NCBI RefSeq assembly: GCF_964213995.1
Contig: NW_027590154.1
Location: 682,001-746,000, forward strand
Direction: 5' to 3'
DNA length: 64,000 nucleotides
Origin: Mustelus asterias
Taxonomy: Eukaryota
Below the pieces are notes generated by a model. It saw nothing but the letters and a program-made list of their open reading frames with translations, did not search any database and was not told the DNA's origin. The position numbers and the translations under genes were made by a program. The number at the start of each line of letters is the position of its first letter. The first letter of the stretch is position 1. Shown piece after piece: positions 11,525 to 23,179 of this stretch.

Positions 11525-12205
11525 AACGCTGCAAGAAAGGATGTCCCGAGGCATGGTACATTGGGGAAACTATGCAGACGCTGCGACAACGGATGAATGA
11601 ACACCGCTCGACAATCACCAGGCAAGACTGTTCTCTTCCTGTTGGGGAGCACTTCAGCGGTCACGGGCATTCGGCCTCTGATATTCGGGTAAGCGTTCTC
11701 CAAGGCGGCCTTCGCGACACACGACAGCGCAGAGTCGCGGAGCAGAAACTGATAGCCAGGTTCCGCACACACAAGGACGGCCTCAACCGGGATATTGGGT
11801 TTATGTCACACTATTTCACATAAATATTTCTGCTTTTTTCCTCCTGAGTCTTTATCATGCGATCCTAGAATCAGAATTTATGTCACACTATTTGTAACTC
11901 CCACAGTTGCGTGGACCTGCAGAGTTTCACTGGCTGTCTTGTCTGGAGACAATACACATCTTTTTAGCCTGTCTTGATGCTCTCTCCACTCCCATTGTTT
12001 TGTTTCTTAAAGACTGGATTAGTTGTAAGTATTCGCATTCCAACCATTATTCATGTAAATTGAGTCTGTGTCTTATAAGTTCTGTTTGTGAACAGAATTC
12101 CCACTCACCTGAAGAAGGGGCTCAGAGCCTCGAAAGCTTGTGTGGCTTTTGCTACCAAATAAACCTGTTGGACTTTAACCTGGTGTTGTTAAACTTCTTA
12201 CTGTG
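11525..12205 (+). mobile_element. Penelope-like element 3' part (GIY-YIG endonuclease and terminal repeat)
   Basis: RCKKGCPEAWYIGETMQTLRQRMNEHR...VGEHF...GLNRD, followed by a terminal repeat with aaataaacctgttggactttaacctggtgttg. Confidence 0.88.
12101..12145 (+). ncRNA. Minimal type I hammerhead ribozyme motif (Penelope-associated)
   Basis: cac-CTGAAGA-A-[GGGGCT cag AGCCTC]-GAAA-GC-TT-gtg. Stem I cac/gtg, 6-bp stem II, palindromic AAGCTT in place of stem III. Confidence 0.65.
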
Positions 12206-12410
12206 ATAACTGCACCATTGAAATCTCAAAGGGTTAATACAAAATAAAATTGTTAACATTTGAGATAAATTAACAAAATATTGTGAATTGGTGATCTGCT
12301 GTACTCCATTTCTGAAAGTTCTGCTGTGGATCCCACACAGAGATATCAAAGCTTTTATACCGTTTCTCCTCTCCTTCCTTGATGGTGCTGATTCTGGCTG
12401 GGTTCAATCG

Positions 12411-13220
12411 TGATGTGGAGATGCCGGCGTTGGACTGGGGTAAACACAGTAAGAGGTCTTACAACACCAGGTTAAAGTCCAACAGGTTTATTTGGTAGCA
12501 CAGGCTTTTGGAGTGGTCCTCCTTCAGGTGAGTGAAGAGATGTGTTCACAAACAGGGCATTCATAGACACAGACTCAATTTACAAGATAATGGTTAGAAT
12601 GCGAGTCTTGACAGGTAACCAAGTCTTTAAAGGTACAGACAATGCGAGTGGAGAGAGGGTTAAGCACAGGTTAAAGAGGTGTGAATTATCTTCAGCCAGG
12701 ACAGTTAGTGAGATTTTGCAAGCCCAGGAAAGTCATGGGGGTTACAGGTAGTGTGACAGGAACCCAAGATCCCGGTTGAGGCCATCCTCATGTGTGCGGA
12801 ATTTGGCTATCAGTTTTTGCTCAGCAATTCTGCGTTGTCATGTGTTGTGAAGACCGCCTTGGAGAACGCTTACCCGAAGATCAGAGGTTGAATGCCCGTG
12901 AGTGTTCCCCGACAGGAAGAGAACACTCCTGCCTGGTGATTGTCGAGCGGTGTTCAGTCATCCATTGTCGTAGCATCTGCATGGTCTCGCCAATATACCA
13001 TGCCTCGGGACATCCTTTCCTGCATTGTATCAGGTAGACAATGTTGGCCGAGTCGCAAGAGTATGTACCATGTACTTAGTGGTTGGTATTCTCACGTGAG
13101 ATGATGGTATCCTTGTCGATGAGCCAGCACATCTTGCAGGGGTTGCTGTGGCAGGGTGGTGTGGTGACTTGGTCTCTCCTGAAGGCTGGGTAGTTTGCTG
13201 CGGACAATGGTCTGTTTGAG
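12411..13220 (-). mobile_element. Penelope-like element (endonuclease and terminal repeat), degenerate
   Basis: Reverse-complement homology to 11525-12205. Confidence 0.85.
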
Positions 13221-13962
13221 GTGCGTCAATGCCAGATTCATCAGCCGCACTCACAAGACAGTCCCGAACGTCACCCAAGCACAACGCAATGCCATCCGCG
13301 CTCTCAAGACCAACCGCAACATTGTCATCAAACCAGCAAAGGGGGGGGGGGCACTGTCATACTGAACAGAATGAATTACTGCAAAGAAGTGAGCCAACAT
13401 TGAACAACGAGGAACACTACAGACAGTTATCCGCAGATCCGACCTGTCAACGCAACAGACTGATCAAGACCTTTGATTCAGACCTCCAAAGCACCCTCCG
13501 TGCTCTCATCCCACGTGCTCTCATCCCACGTACTCCCCGCATTGGAGATCTCTACTGCCTCCCGAAGATACACAAGGCCAACACACGCAGTTGTCCCATC
13601 GTATCAGGCAATGGGACCCTATGTGAGAACCTCTCCGGCTACGCCAAGGGCATCCTGAAACCCATTGTACAAAGAACCCCCAGCTTCTGTCGTGATACTA
13701 CGGACTTCCTACAGAAACGCAGCACACATGGAGCAGTTGAACCAGGAGCACTCCTCGTCACAATGGATGTCCCAGCACTCTACACCAGCATCCCCCACAA
13801 TGATGATATTGCTGCAACTGCCTCAGTACTCAATGCTGTCAACTGCCAATCTCCAGATGCAATTCTACAACTCATCCACTTCATCCTGGACCACAATGTC
13901 ATCACCTTCAACAACCAGTTCTTCATCCAGACACAAATTCGCACCTCAATATGCCAACATAT
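13221..13962 (+). mobile_element. Penelope-like RT fragment
   Basis: YCLPKIHK...PIVSG...RDTTDFL...LVTMDVPALYTSIPH...FNNQFFIQ. Confidence 0.88.
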
Positions 13963-14213
13963 GCGATTCCCGGCTTGGGTCACTGTCTTGTGGAGTCAGC
14001 ACGTTCTCCCCGCGTCTGCGTAGGTTTCCTCCGGATGTTCTGGTTTCCTCCCACATTCCGAAAGAGGTGCTGGTTAGGTGCATTGGCCATGCTAAATTCT
14101 CCCAAATTCAGTGTACCCAAACAGGCACTGGAGTGGGGCGACTAGGGGATTTTCAGAGTAACTTCATTGCAGTGTTAATGTAAACCTACTTGTGACACTA
14201 ATAAATAAACTTT
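13963..14213 (+). mobile_element. V-SINE-like SINE with alternative tail
   Basis: Same body as 10672; tail cttgtgacactaataaataaacttt. Confidence 0.8.
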
Positions 14214-14219
14214 TTAAAA

Positions 14220-14885
14220 AAACAGCAGTAATGACAGTAGAAGGCAATCTCTGTAGTCACTTGTGATCTCACTGGTGTCTAACCAGGTTGAATGACTGAA
14301 TGAAGCTCTTCCCACACTCAAAACAACTACTCCCCTGTGTGAGCTCACTGGTGTCTCAGCAGGTTGAAAGGGCAAATCCTTTCCCACAAATGGAGCAGGT
14401 GAATGACATCACCCTTGTGTGAATGAGCATAAGATCATAAGACATAGGAGCAGAATTAGACCACTCGGCCCATCGAGTCTGCTCAGCCATTCAATCATGG
14501 CCGATATTTTTCTCACCCCATTCTCCTGCCTTTTCCCCATAACCCCTGATCCCCTTATTAATCAAGAATGAGTTGGTGTTTCAACACTTCGTGTCTGCTT
14601 TTAAAATTTTTACACATTTAGAACATTTTTAGTGTTAAGAAATTAAATTTCAGTGAGGCAGAATAGAAATCATAGAAACCCTACAGTGCAGAAGGAGGCC
14701 ATTCGGCCCATCGTTTCTGCACCGACCACAATCCCACCCAGGCCCTACCCCCACATATTTACCCGCTAATCCCTCTGACCTCCGCATCTCGGAATTCTAA
14801 GGGGCAATTGTTAACCTTGACCAATCAACCTAACCCGCACATCTTTGGACTGATAATGACAGAGCGAATCCCTTCGCACACACAG
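14220..14885 (-). pseudogene. Heavily decayed ZNF remnant with CR1 tail (14430-14567) and SINE (14663-14851) insertions
   Basis: Scattered finger codons (gtgagctcactggtgtctcagcagg; aatcccttcgcacacacag) and the family 3' module. Confidence 0.6.
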
Positions 14886-15729
14886 GTTAGGGTCTGGAAT
14901 GCACTGACTGAACGTGCGGTGCAGGCAGATTCAATTCAAGCATTCAAAGGGGAAATTAGACATTATCTGAACAGGAAGAATGTGCAGGGATACAGGGAGA
15001 AGGTGACAGAATGGAACTCGTTGAGTTACGCATTCGGAGAACTAGTGCAGACACAATGGGCCAAATGGCCTCCTCCTGCACCAAAACTCTTCAGTGACTC
15101 TGAAATCTTTAAAAGCCTAAAATGCTGGAATAAAACTCAGCAGGTTCAGCAGCATCTGTGCAGAGAGAGAAACAGAGTTAACATTTCAGGTCTGTGACCT
15201 TTCCTGTGAACTGGGGAAAGTTAGAAATGTAACAGGTTTGGGTGGGACAGGGACTAAAGGAAGGTCTGTGAGAGGGTGGAAGACAGGAGAGATTTAATGA
15301 GAGAAAAGTGAATCCCCCCCAAAGAGCCAAAGGGAATGGAGATGGAGCGAGAGAAGAAACAGAGAAACAGAAGCTGTGTCTGGAGCAGGGGGGCTGACGA
15401 CTGAAAGAAGGAAAAATGAAACAATCAAAGGAAAAGAAACAGAACGGGCTGAGAGTTTACTCTCTGAAACTGTTGGACTGAATGTTGGGTCCAGAAGGCT
15501 GTAAAGTGTGGAGGGGGCGGGGTGAGTGGGAGGATCTTCTCCTGGACCTGCTCCAGACCCTGGTTAAAGCAGTAATCTGTTGATTCAGGATGGGTGGGGC
15601 TGAAGGGGGTGGCGGGGGTCACTCTGGTTGATCTTCTGTGGTCTTGTTTGTGCCCAGGTGGCCCTGAAGAGGGACATTCTGTTGGGACTTTGTGGCTGAT
15701 TTTGGTCTTTTAGTTTGATTGAACCACAA

Positions 15730-15930
15730 GTTTGGGGAAACGAGGAGGAAGAATGTTCCAGAGAAACTGGAATTATCTGTTTTGAATTTCTATTCTGCAT
15801 TGATAGAGACACTGACCCTGTCAACTCCTTTTTTTAAATTAGAAGGGAAGGATTTAATGATAGAAAATTAAAACCAAACATCAGGTCAAAATTTGACAGG
15901 GTCACTCGATTCACCAGGACCTGAATTTCA
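15730..15930 (+). pseudogene. Remnant of ZNF intron end and exon-2 leader
   Basis: Homologous to 51690-51880 (gttccagagaaact...aaaccaaacatca...cactcgattca...ggacctg); fingers lost. Confidence 0.55.
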
Positions 15931-16699
15931 CAGAATCATGGTGCAGGAGACCATTTGGCCCATCGTGTTTGCACTGGCCCTCCAAATGAACATTATGGCT
16001 TAGTGCCATTCTCCTGCCTTTTCTCCATACCCTTTGTTAGGGAGCTTTCCTCGCTGTCCCATTCCTCACTCCCCTGAGAGTCCAGACAAATAGTTTCAAA
16101 GTTTAAAATTGGCCTTTATTCAATCTATAGCAGGGGAAACCTGTTTCCACACGTGACATACAGGCTCCCAGAACAAAGGAATACAACAGCAATTATATCT
16201 TTAACATCAACTATAAGTCATGAACACACAAATCAAAGTTGTAAACGTATTCAAAGGTACTCAATATCCAATCCCAACTAATAGTTCTGATTACTTCATT
16301 TGTTTTCCGCAGTCGTGTTTAACCAATTACAGCAGCCCTACGCTTGCTTAATCACAATATTCAATCAACAGGGCACGTGCACATAGCTACATTATCAATA
16401 AACACATGTCTGTGTCCTTGACTATCTGGCACCCTGAGTGGTGGCTTATGACTTCTGTCAAAACACACTGCAGTCCTGGGCTGTTATCTGAAAGCAGTGA
16501 TGTTGTAGTTACAGCCTCTTGTGGGCCATCAAAGGCCCCATGTTGATTATTTTTGCAGCTGTGCCTTGCAGCTCCAGCAGTTTCCCAGGAACTTTGCTGC
16601 ATTGAATGATTTTTAACCCTTTCGCCATCTATCCCAGGTATTAGTCCAGTCGACCTTCTCTGACCTGCTTCTTACACATTTACATTCCTTTCTTAAGCA

Positions 16700-19600
16700 G
16701 ATGAATAATACTCCAACTGTGGTCACACCAGTGTTCTGTATAACTAATGAATAACGTCCTTTCTTTTGTAATCAATCCCCTTCACAATAAACAATAACAT
16801 TCTATTAACTTTCCTGATTACTTGCTGTACCTGCATACCAGCCTTTTGCGATTCATGTACAAGGACACACAGATCCCTCTGAGTCTCTCACTATTTTGAT
16901 GATATACTTTCTTTTCATTCTTCCTCCCAAAATGGACAATTTCACATTTGCCCACATTATTCTACATTTACCTGTTCTTTGCCCACTCGCTTAACCTATC
17001 TATGTCCCTTTGTAGCCTCTTTACATCCTTTTCATTACTTACTTTTCCAGCTACCTTTATATCATCAGCAAATTTAGCAACCATACCTTCAATTCCTTCA
17101 TCTGAGTTATTTATATAAATGGTAAAAAGGTTGAGGTCCCAGCATTGATCCCTGTGGCACACCGCTCGTCACATCCAGCCAACTGGAAAAAGACCCATTT
17201 ACGCCAATCCTGTTTCCTGTTAAGTCGCCAATCTTCTTTCCGTGCCAATATGTTACCATTCCCCCAGCCCCACTAGGAGTTTTCATTTTCCACAATATCC
17301 TTTGATGTGATAGCTTACAAATGCATTCTGGAAATCTCAGTACATTCGCCTTTCTGCACCTTTGGTTCCCGTTTATCCACAGCACATGTGACTCATTCAA
17401 AGAACTGAAAAAATAGGTTGAATATGGTTTCCCTTTCTCAAAACCATGTTGACTCTTCTTCATGGCCTGATTTTTTCTCACTGCCATGCTGTAACGTATT
17501 TAATAATAGCTTCTAACATTTTTCCTACGGCATGTTAAGTTAACTGTCCTGTAGTTTCCTGCTTTTTGTCTCTCTCCTTCTTTGAATAAAGGAGCTGCAT
17601 TTGCTACTTTCTAATCTAATGGAACTTCCACCAAAACCGGGGTATTTTGGAAAATTAGAACAATGCATCAACTATCTCACCCGTCATTTCTACCCCTCTT
17701 CAGCTAAAGAACAGCCATATGGCCTCGAAATGTCAACTCTGTTTCTCCCTCCACAGGTGCTGCCAGACCTGCTGAGTCTTTCCAGCATTTTCTGTTTTTA
17801 TTTCAGATTTTCAGTATCTGCAATACTTTGCTTTTATCTCACGAGCTACTTCTTTTAAGAGCTGAGAATGAAGTCCATCGGGACCCAGGCATTTGTCAGT
17901 CCACAGCTCCAACTATTTGCTCAGTGCAACTTCATAAGTGACAGCAGTTTTCCTGAGTTCCTCTCTCCCTTCCACACCCCGATAAGATATTACTTCTATC
18001 CTCGATACTATCGGGCAGAGTACTATAGTGAAGACTGATACAAAGTACCTGTTGAATTCATCTGCCACCTCCTCACTTTCCATTATTAATTCCCTGGAGT
18101 CACTTTCTCTTCGACCAACATTCACTTGGATAACTCTTTTTTATTTAAATATCCAGAGAAATGTTTACAGAACAAAGAGAATTATAGCAGAGGAACAGGC
18201 CCTTCTGCCCTCCATGGTCCTGCACCGACTATGCTGCCCGACTGAACTAAAACCCCCGACCCTTCCAGGGACCATATCCCTCTATTCCCATCCTATTCAT
18301 GTAAAAGTCAAGACGCCCCTTAAAAGTCACTACCGTATCCGCTTCCACTATCTCCCCCGGCAACGAGTTCCAGGCACCCACTACTCTCTGTGTAAAAAAT
18401 CTGCCTCGTACATCTCCTTTAAATCTTGCCCCTCGCACCTTAAACCTGTGCCCCCTGGTAATTGACTCTTCCACCCTGGGGAAAAAGCTTCTGACTATCC
18501 ACTCTGTCCATGCCTCTCATAATCTTGTAGAATTCTATCAGGTCGCCCCCCTCACCTCCGTCGCTCCAGTGAGAACAAACTAAGTTTCTCCAACCTTTCC
18601 TCATAGCTAATGCCCTCCATACCCGGCAACATCCTGGTAAATCTTTTCTGTACCATCTCCAAAGTCTCCACATCCTTCTGGTAGTGTGGCGACCAGAATT
18701 GAACACTATATTCCAAGTGCGGCCTAACTAAGGTTCTACAAAGCTGCAACATGACTTGCCAATTTTTAAACTCAATGTCCCGGCCGATGAAGGCAAGCAT
18801 GCCGTATGCCTTCTTGACTACCTTCTCCACCTGCATTGCCACTTTCAGTGATCTGTGTACCTGTACACCCAGATCCCTTTGCCCATCAATACTCTTAAGG
18901 GTTCTCCATTTACTGTATATTTCCTATCTGTATTAGACCTTCCAAAATGCATTACCTCACATTTGTCCGGATTAAACTCCATCTGCCATTTCTCCACCCA
19001 AGTCTCCAACTGATCTATATCCTTCTGTATCCTCTGATGGTCCTCATCGCTATCCGCAAATCCACCAACCTTTGTGTCGTTCGCAAACTTACGAATCAAA
19101 CCAGTTATATTTTCCTCCAAATCATTTACAGATATTAGAAACAGCAAAGGTCCCAGCACTGATCCCCAAGGAACGCCACTTGTCCCAGCTCTCCATTCAG
19201 AAATGCACTCTTCCACTGCTACCCTCTGTCTTCTTTGATCGAGCCAGTTTTGTATCCACGTAGCCAGCTCACCTCTGATCCCATGCAACTTCACCTTCTG
19301 CACCAGTCTGCCATGAGGGACCTTGTCAAAGGCCTTACTGAAGTCCATGTAGACAACATCCACTGCCCTACCCTCATCAATCATCTTCGTCACTTCCTCG
19401 AAAAACTTGATCAAGTTCGTGAGACACGACCTCCCCTTCACAAAACCATGTTGCCACTCACTAATACGTCCACTTATTTCCAAGTGGGAATAAATCCTGT
19501 CTCGAAGAATCCTCTCCAATAATTTCCCTATCACTGATGTAAGGCTCACCAGCCTGTAATTACCTGGATTATTCTTGCTCCCCTTCTTAAACAAAGGAAC

Positions 19601-19990
19601 AACATTGGCTATTCTCCAATCCTCTGGGACCTCCCCGGTAGCCAATGAGGATACAAAGATTTCTAATTTACTATCCATCTTTATATTTCTAGCTGCCTTT
19701 CTCTCGTACTCCAATTCTTCTCCTTATTTAATCTTTTTATCATTCTTTGCTGTTTATATTCTGTCTAGTTTTCTGACCTGCCACCCATCTTTGTGCAATT
19801 GTTTACTTTTTTCTTTAAGTTTTATACTATCTTTAACTTTTTTCGTGAACCACGGATGGTGGGTTGTCCCCTTGGAATTTTTCTTCCTCATTGGAATGTA
19901 TCTGTTCTGGGTTTTCTGAAATAACCCTTTCAAATCTGCCACTGCACCTCTATTGACCAGTTCCTTAACCTCATTTGCCAGTTCACTTAC
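16700..19990 (-). mobile_element. Old CR1 ORF2 remnant hosting nested insertions
   Basis: Frameshifted RT/tether peptides (SGVPQGSMLGP, KFADD, HHPWFT). Confidence 0.75.
18169..19666 (-). mobile_element. Younger 5'-truncated CR1 nested in the older CR1
   Basis: RT motifs with frameshifts, 3' tail at 18169; TTTAC duplicated at 18164-18168 and 19667-19671. Confidence 0.88.
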
Positions 19991-19994
19991 ATTG

Positions 19995-20420
19995 AACACA
20001 GTTCGGTCCTCGATGTGATTAACAGAAAAGTCCAATCACTGTGGTTAGTTGTAAACTCGCTGGTGACTCCGCAGTGTGGATGACTGAGTGAATCTCTTCC
20101 AAAACTCAGGGCAGTTAAATGGTTTCTCCCCAGTGTGATCAGCTCAGAAGACTGAGTGAATCCCTTCCCACACTCAGAGTGGGTGAATGGCCTTCCCCCA
20201 GTGTGAGTGCGCCACTGAGTTTCCAGCTCTGACAGGTAACTGAGTCTCTCCTCACAGTCTCACATTTCCATGGTCTCTCGCTAATGTGACTGTGGTTGTA
20301 AACAGTGCTGTTTCCTTCCAGGTTCAAAAATCTCTGCTTGTTATGTTACGATAAATTGTGTGGCTCCATCCAATCCTGATCTGATGTTTTGTGTGAGTTT
20401 CCTGACCCCAAATCCTCCCA
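19995..20420 (-). pseudogene. Short decayed ZNF
   Basis: LNLEGNSTV...ERPWKC, 2-3 broken fingers and the family 3' module. Confidence 0.65.
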
Positions 20421-20535
20421 TTCTCAGACCAACAATATTAACACCTACAGCAGGGCTGGAGTCACTTTTCAATTCAGCAGAAACAGACCCAAATGAACAT
20501 GGTTCAGTTTGAATATGATTCACAGCAAAATTCAA

Positions 20536-21836
20536 TCACAATAGTTCCTTGTGAATTCGCTGGTGTTTCAGCAGATTTGATGACTGACTGAATCCCTTCC
20601 CACACACAGAGCAAGTGAACGGCTTCTCCCCAGTGTGAACTCGTTGGTGAGCCTGCAGCGTGTGTGAGTGAGCAAAGTCCTTCCCACATTGGGAACAAGT
20701 GAACATCCTCTCCCCAGTGTGAATCCGTTGGTGGATTGCTAGGTTGGATGATTGACTGAACCCCTTCCCACACTGGGAACAGATGAACGGTCTCTCCCCA
20801 GTGTGAACTCGCTGGTGTGTCCACAGATTGCCTGAGTGTGCAAATCCCTTCCCACACTGGGAGCAGATGAAAGGCTTCTCCCCAGTGTGAGTTCGCTGGT
20901 GTGCCAGCAGGTGAGATGAGTCAGTGAATCGCTTCCCACACTGGGAGCAAGTTAACGGCCTCTCCCCAGTGTGAACTCGCAGGTGTATCAGGAGGTTGGA
21001 TGAGCGAGCAAATCCCTTCCCACACACTGGGAGCAAGTGAATGGCTTTTCCCCAGTGTGAACTTGCTGGTGTAATGTTAGGTTAGATGACTGACTGAATG
21101 CCTTCCCACAAACAGAACAGCTGAATGGTCTCTCCCCAGTGTGGGTCCTCTGGTGTATGTGTAAGCTGGATGACTGAGTGAATCCTTTCCCACACTGGGA
21201 GCAGATGAACGGCCTCTCCCCAGTGTGAATTCGCTGGTGTGTCAGGAGGTTGGCTGAGAGCGCGAATCTCTTCCCACATTGAGAACAGCTGAATGGCCTC
21301 TCCCCATTGTGAACGCGCTGGTGTTTTGTTAGCATGGATGATGCTTTGAAGCCCTTCCCACACACAGAGCAAGTGAATGGTCTGTCCTCACTGTGAATTC
21401 GCTGGTGTTTTGCTAGGTTTGATGACTGATTGAATCCCTTCCCACACACAGAGCAGGTGAATGGTTTCTCCCCCGTGTGAGTTCGCTTGTGCAATGCTAG
21501 GCTGAATGACCGATTGAATGCCTTCCCACACAGAGAGCAGGTGAATGGCCTCTCCTCAGTGTGAGTCCTCTGGTGTATATGTAAACTGGATGACTGAGTG
21601 AATCCTTTCCCACAGTGGGAGCAGGTGAATGGCCTCTCCCCTGTGTGACTACGTTGATGAATTTCCAGCAAGGATGGGGATTTGAATCCCTTCTCACAGT
21701 CCCCACATTTCCACAGTTTCTCTCTGTTGTGACTGCAATTATGTTCCGAAAGGTCAGATGATTGGTTGAAGTCTTGTCCACACACAGAACACTTGTACAG
21801 TTTCTCTCCACTGTGAATGGTGCTATTTTCTTCCAT
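20536..21836 (-). pseudogene. 15-finger C2H2 ZNF with one 2-bp frameshift in finger 10 (alternatively a 9-finger protein)
   Basis: ORFs 20988-21842 and 20536-21036 join if one CA is removed from cccacacact at ~21020; [15 protein letters not shown]; acceptor at ~21946. Confidence 0.8.
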
Positions 21837-22591
21837 GTTCAAAATACAATGATATTCAGGTTACAATAAATTGGCCGACTCCATAAGGTACTGATACCAG
21901 GCTTGGTTTCAGTTTCCAAACTGCAAATCCTCCTCTTCTAATACCCTGTGAAATTGAATTAAAACAGAAAAAGGGAGTGAGAGAGAACCCATAAAAACAC
22001 AAAGGCAGGTTGTGAAATTGAGCTGAATGAACCTGGTAATTTGTGGGGACAGCACGAGGAAAAAGTGACCATGAAAACGGCTGGATTGTCAAAAAACTCA
22101 ATTGATTTCCTAATGTCCTTCAGGGAAGGGAACCTGCCATCCAGTCTGGGCACTATGGGAAAAGACAGAGAGAAATAGGAGAGATCGGGAATGAAGGAGA
22201 GGGATTTTATACATCTACAACTCAATGAGAACATTGATAGAATCTCCCAAACCCTCAACCTCCACCACCTCGAAGGACCAAGATAGCAGGTAAATGTGAA
22301 CATCATCAACTCCAAGTTCCCCTCCAACTCATATCCTGACTTGTCTGATATCCAGTACTAAAAAACAGAAATTTCTTTCAAAAAATACTGGGAAGTCTGA
22401 ACCCATTGTGTTCAGTCCCCACTACAAACTCCACTCCCTCACCAACAACTCTATCCCTCTTCCTGGCAATTGGCTGAAGCTGAACCGGCTGTTCACAACC
22501 CTGGTGAAATATTTCACTCTAGGATGAGCTTCCAGCCACATATCCACATCATCATCAAGACTGCTTATTTCCAGCTTATTTCCACCTTCAT

Positions 22592-22905
22592 TCATAGAAA
22601 TCCTACAGTGTGAGGAGGTCATTCGGACCATCGAGCCTGACAACAATCCCACCCAGGCCCAATCATCCCCATTTATCCTACGTATTTACCCTGTTAATCC
22701 TGCTGATGCCAAGGGTTAATTTATCGTGGCCAATCCATCTAACCTGCACATCTTTAGACTGTGGGAGGAAACCAGAACACCCGGAGGAAACCCACACAGA
22801 CACGGGGGGAATGTAGAAACTCTGCACAGACAGCGACCTGAGGCTGGAATTGAACCCGGGTCCCTGGCGCTGTCAGGCAGCTGCACTAACCACTGTGCCA
22901 CCGGG
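22592..22905 (-). mobile_element. HE1/V-SINE-like SINE
   Basis: Reverse complement of the SINE consensus seen elsewhere in the window. Confidence 0.8.
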
Positions 22906-22960
22906 CCACATGTCAGTGCCATCGCCCGACTCCAGCCCAGTCTCAGCTCATCTGGAACTC

Positions 22961-23179
22961 TCACCCATTCCATTGTGACGTCACACCCTCACCCATTCCA
23001 TTGTGACATCACACTCTCACCCATTCCATTGTGATGTCACACACTCACCCATTCCATTGTGATGTCACACTCTGACCCATTCCATTGTGACGTCACACCC
23101 TCACCCATTCCATTGTGACGTCACACCCTCACCCATTCCATTGTGACATCACACTCTCACCCATTCCATGGTGACGTCA
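22961..23179. repeat. 28-bp minisatellite (~8 units) containing the palindrome TGTGACGTCACA
   Basis: Unit tcacccattccattgtgacgtcacaccc with variants. Confidence 0.95.

Noticed and set aside
16034-16700. Possible solo LTR starting TGTTAGG
   Set aside because: I could not fix a matching CA terminus or TSD.
22961-23179. CRISPR-like array (28-bp palindromic repeats)
   Set aside because: Units are contiguous with no unique spacers, the context is eukaryotic, and there are no cas genes.
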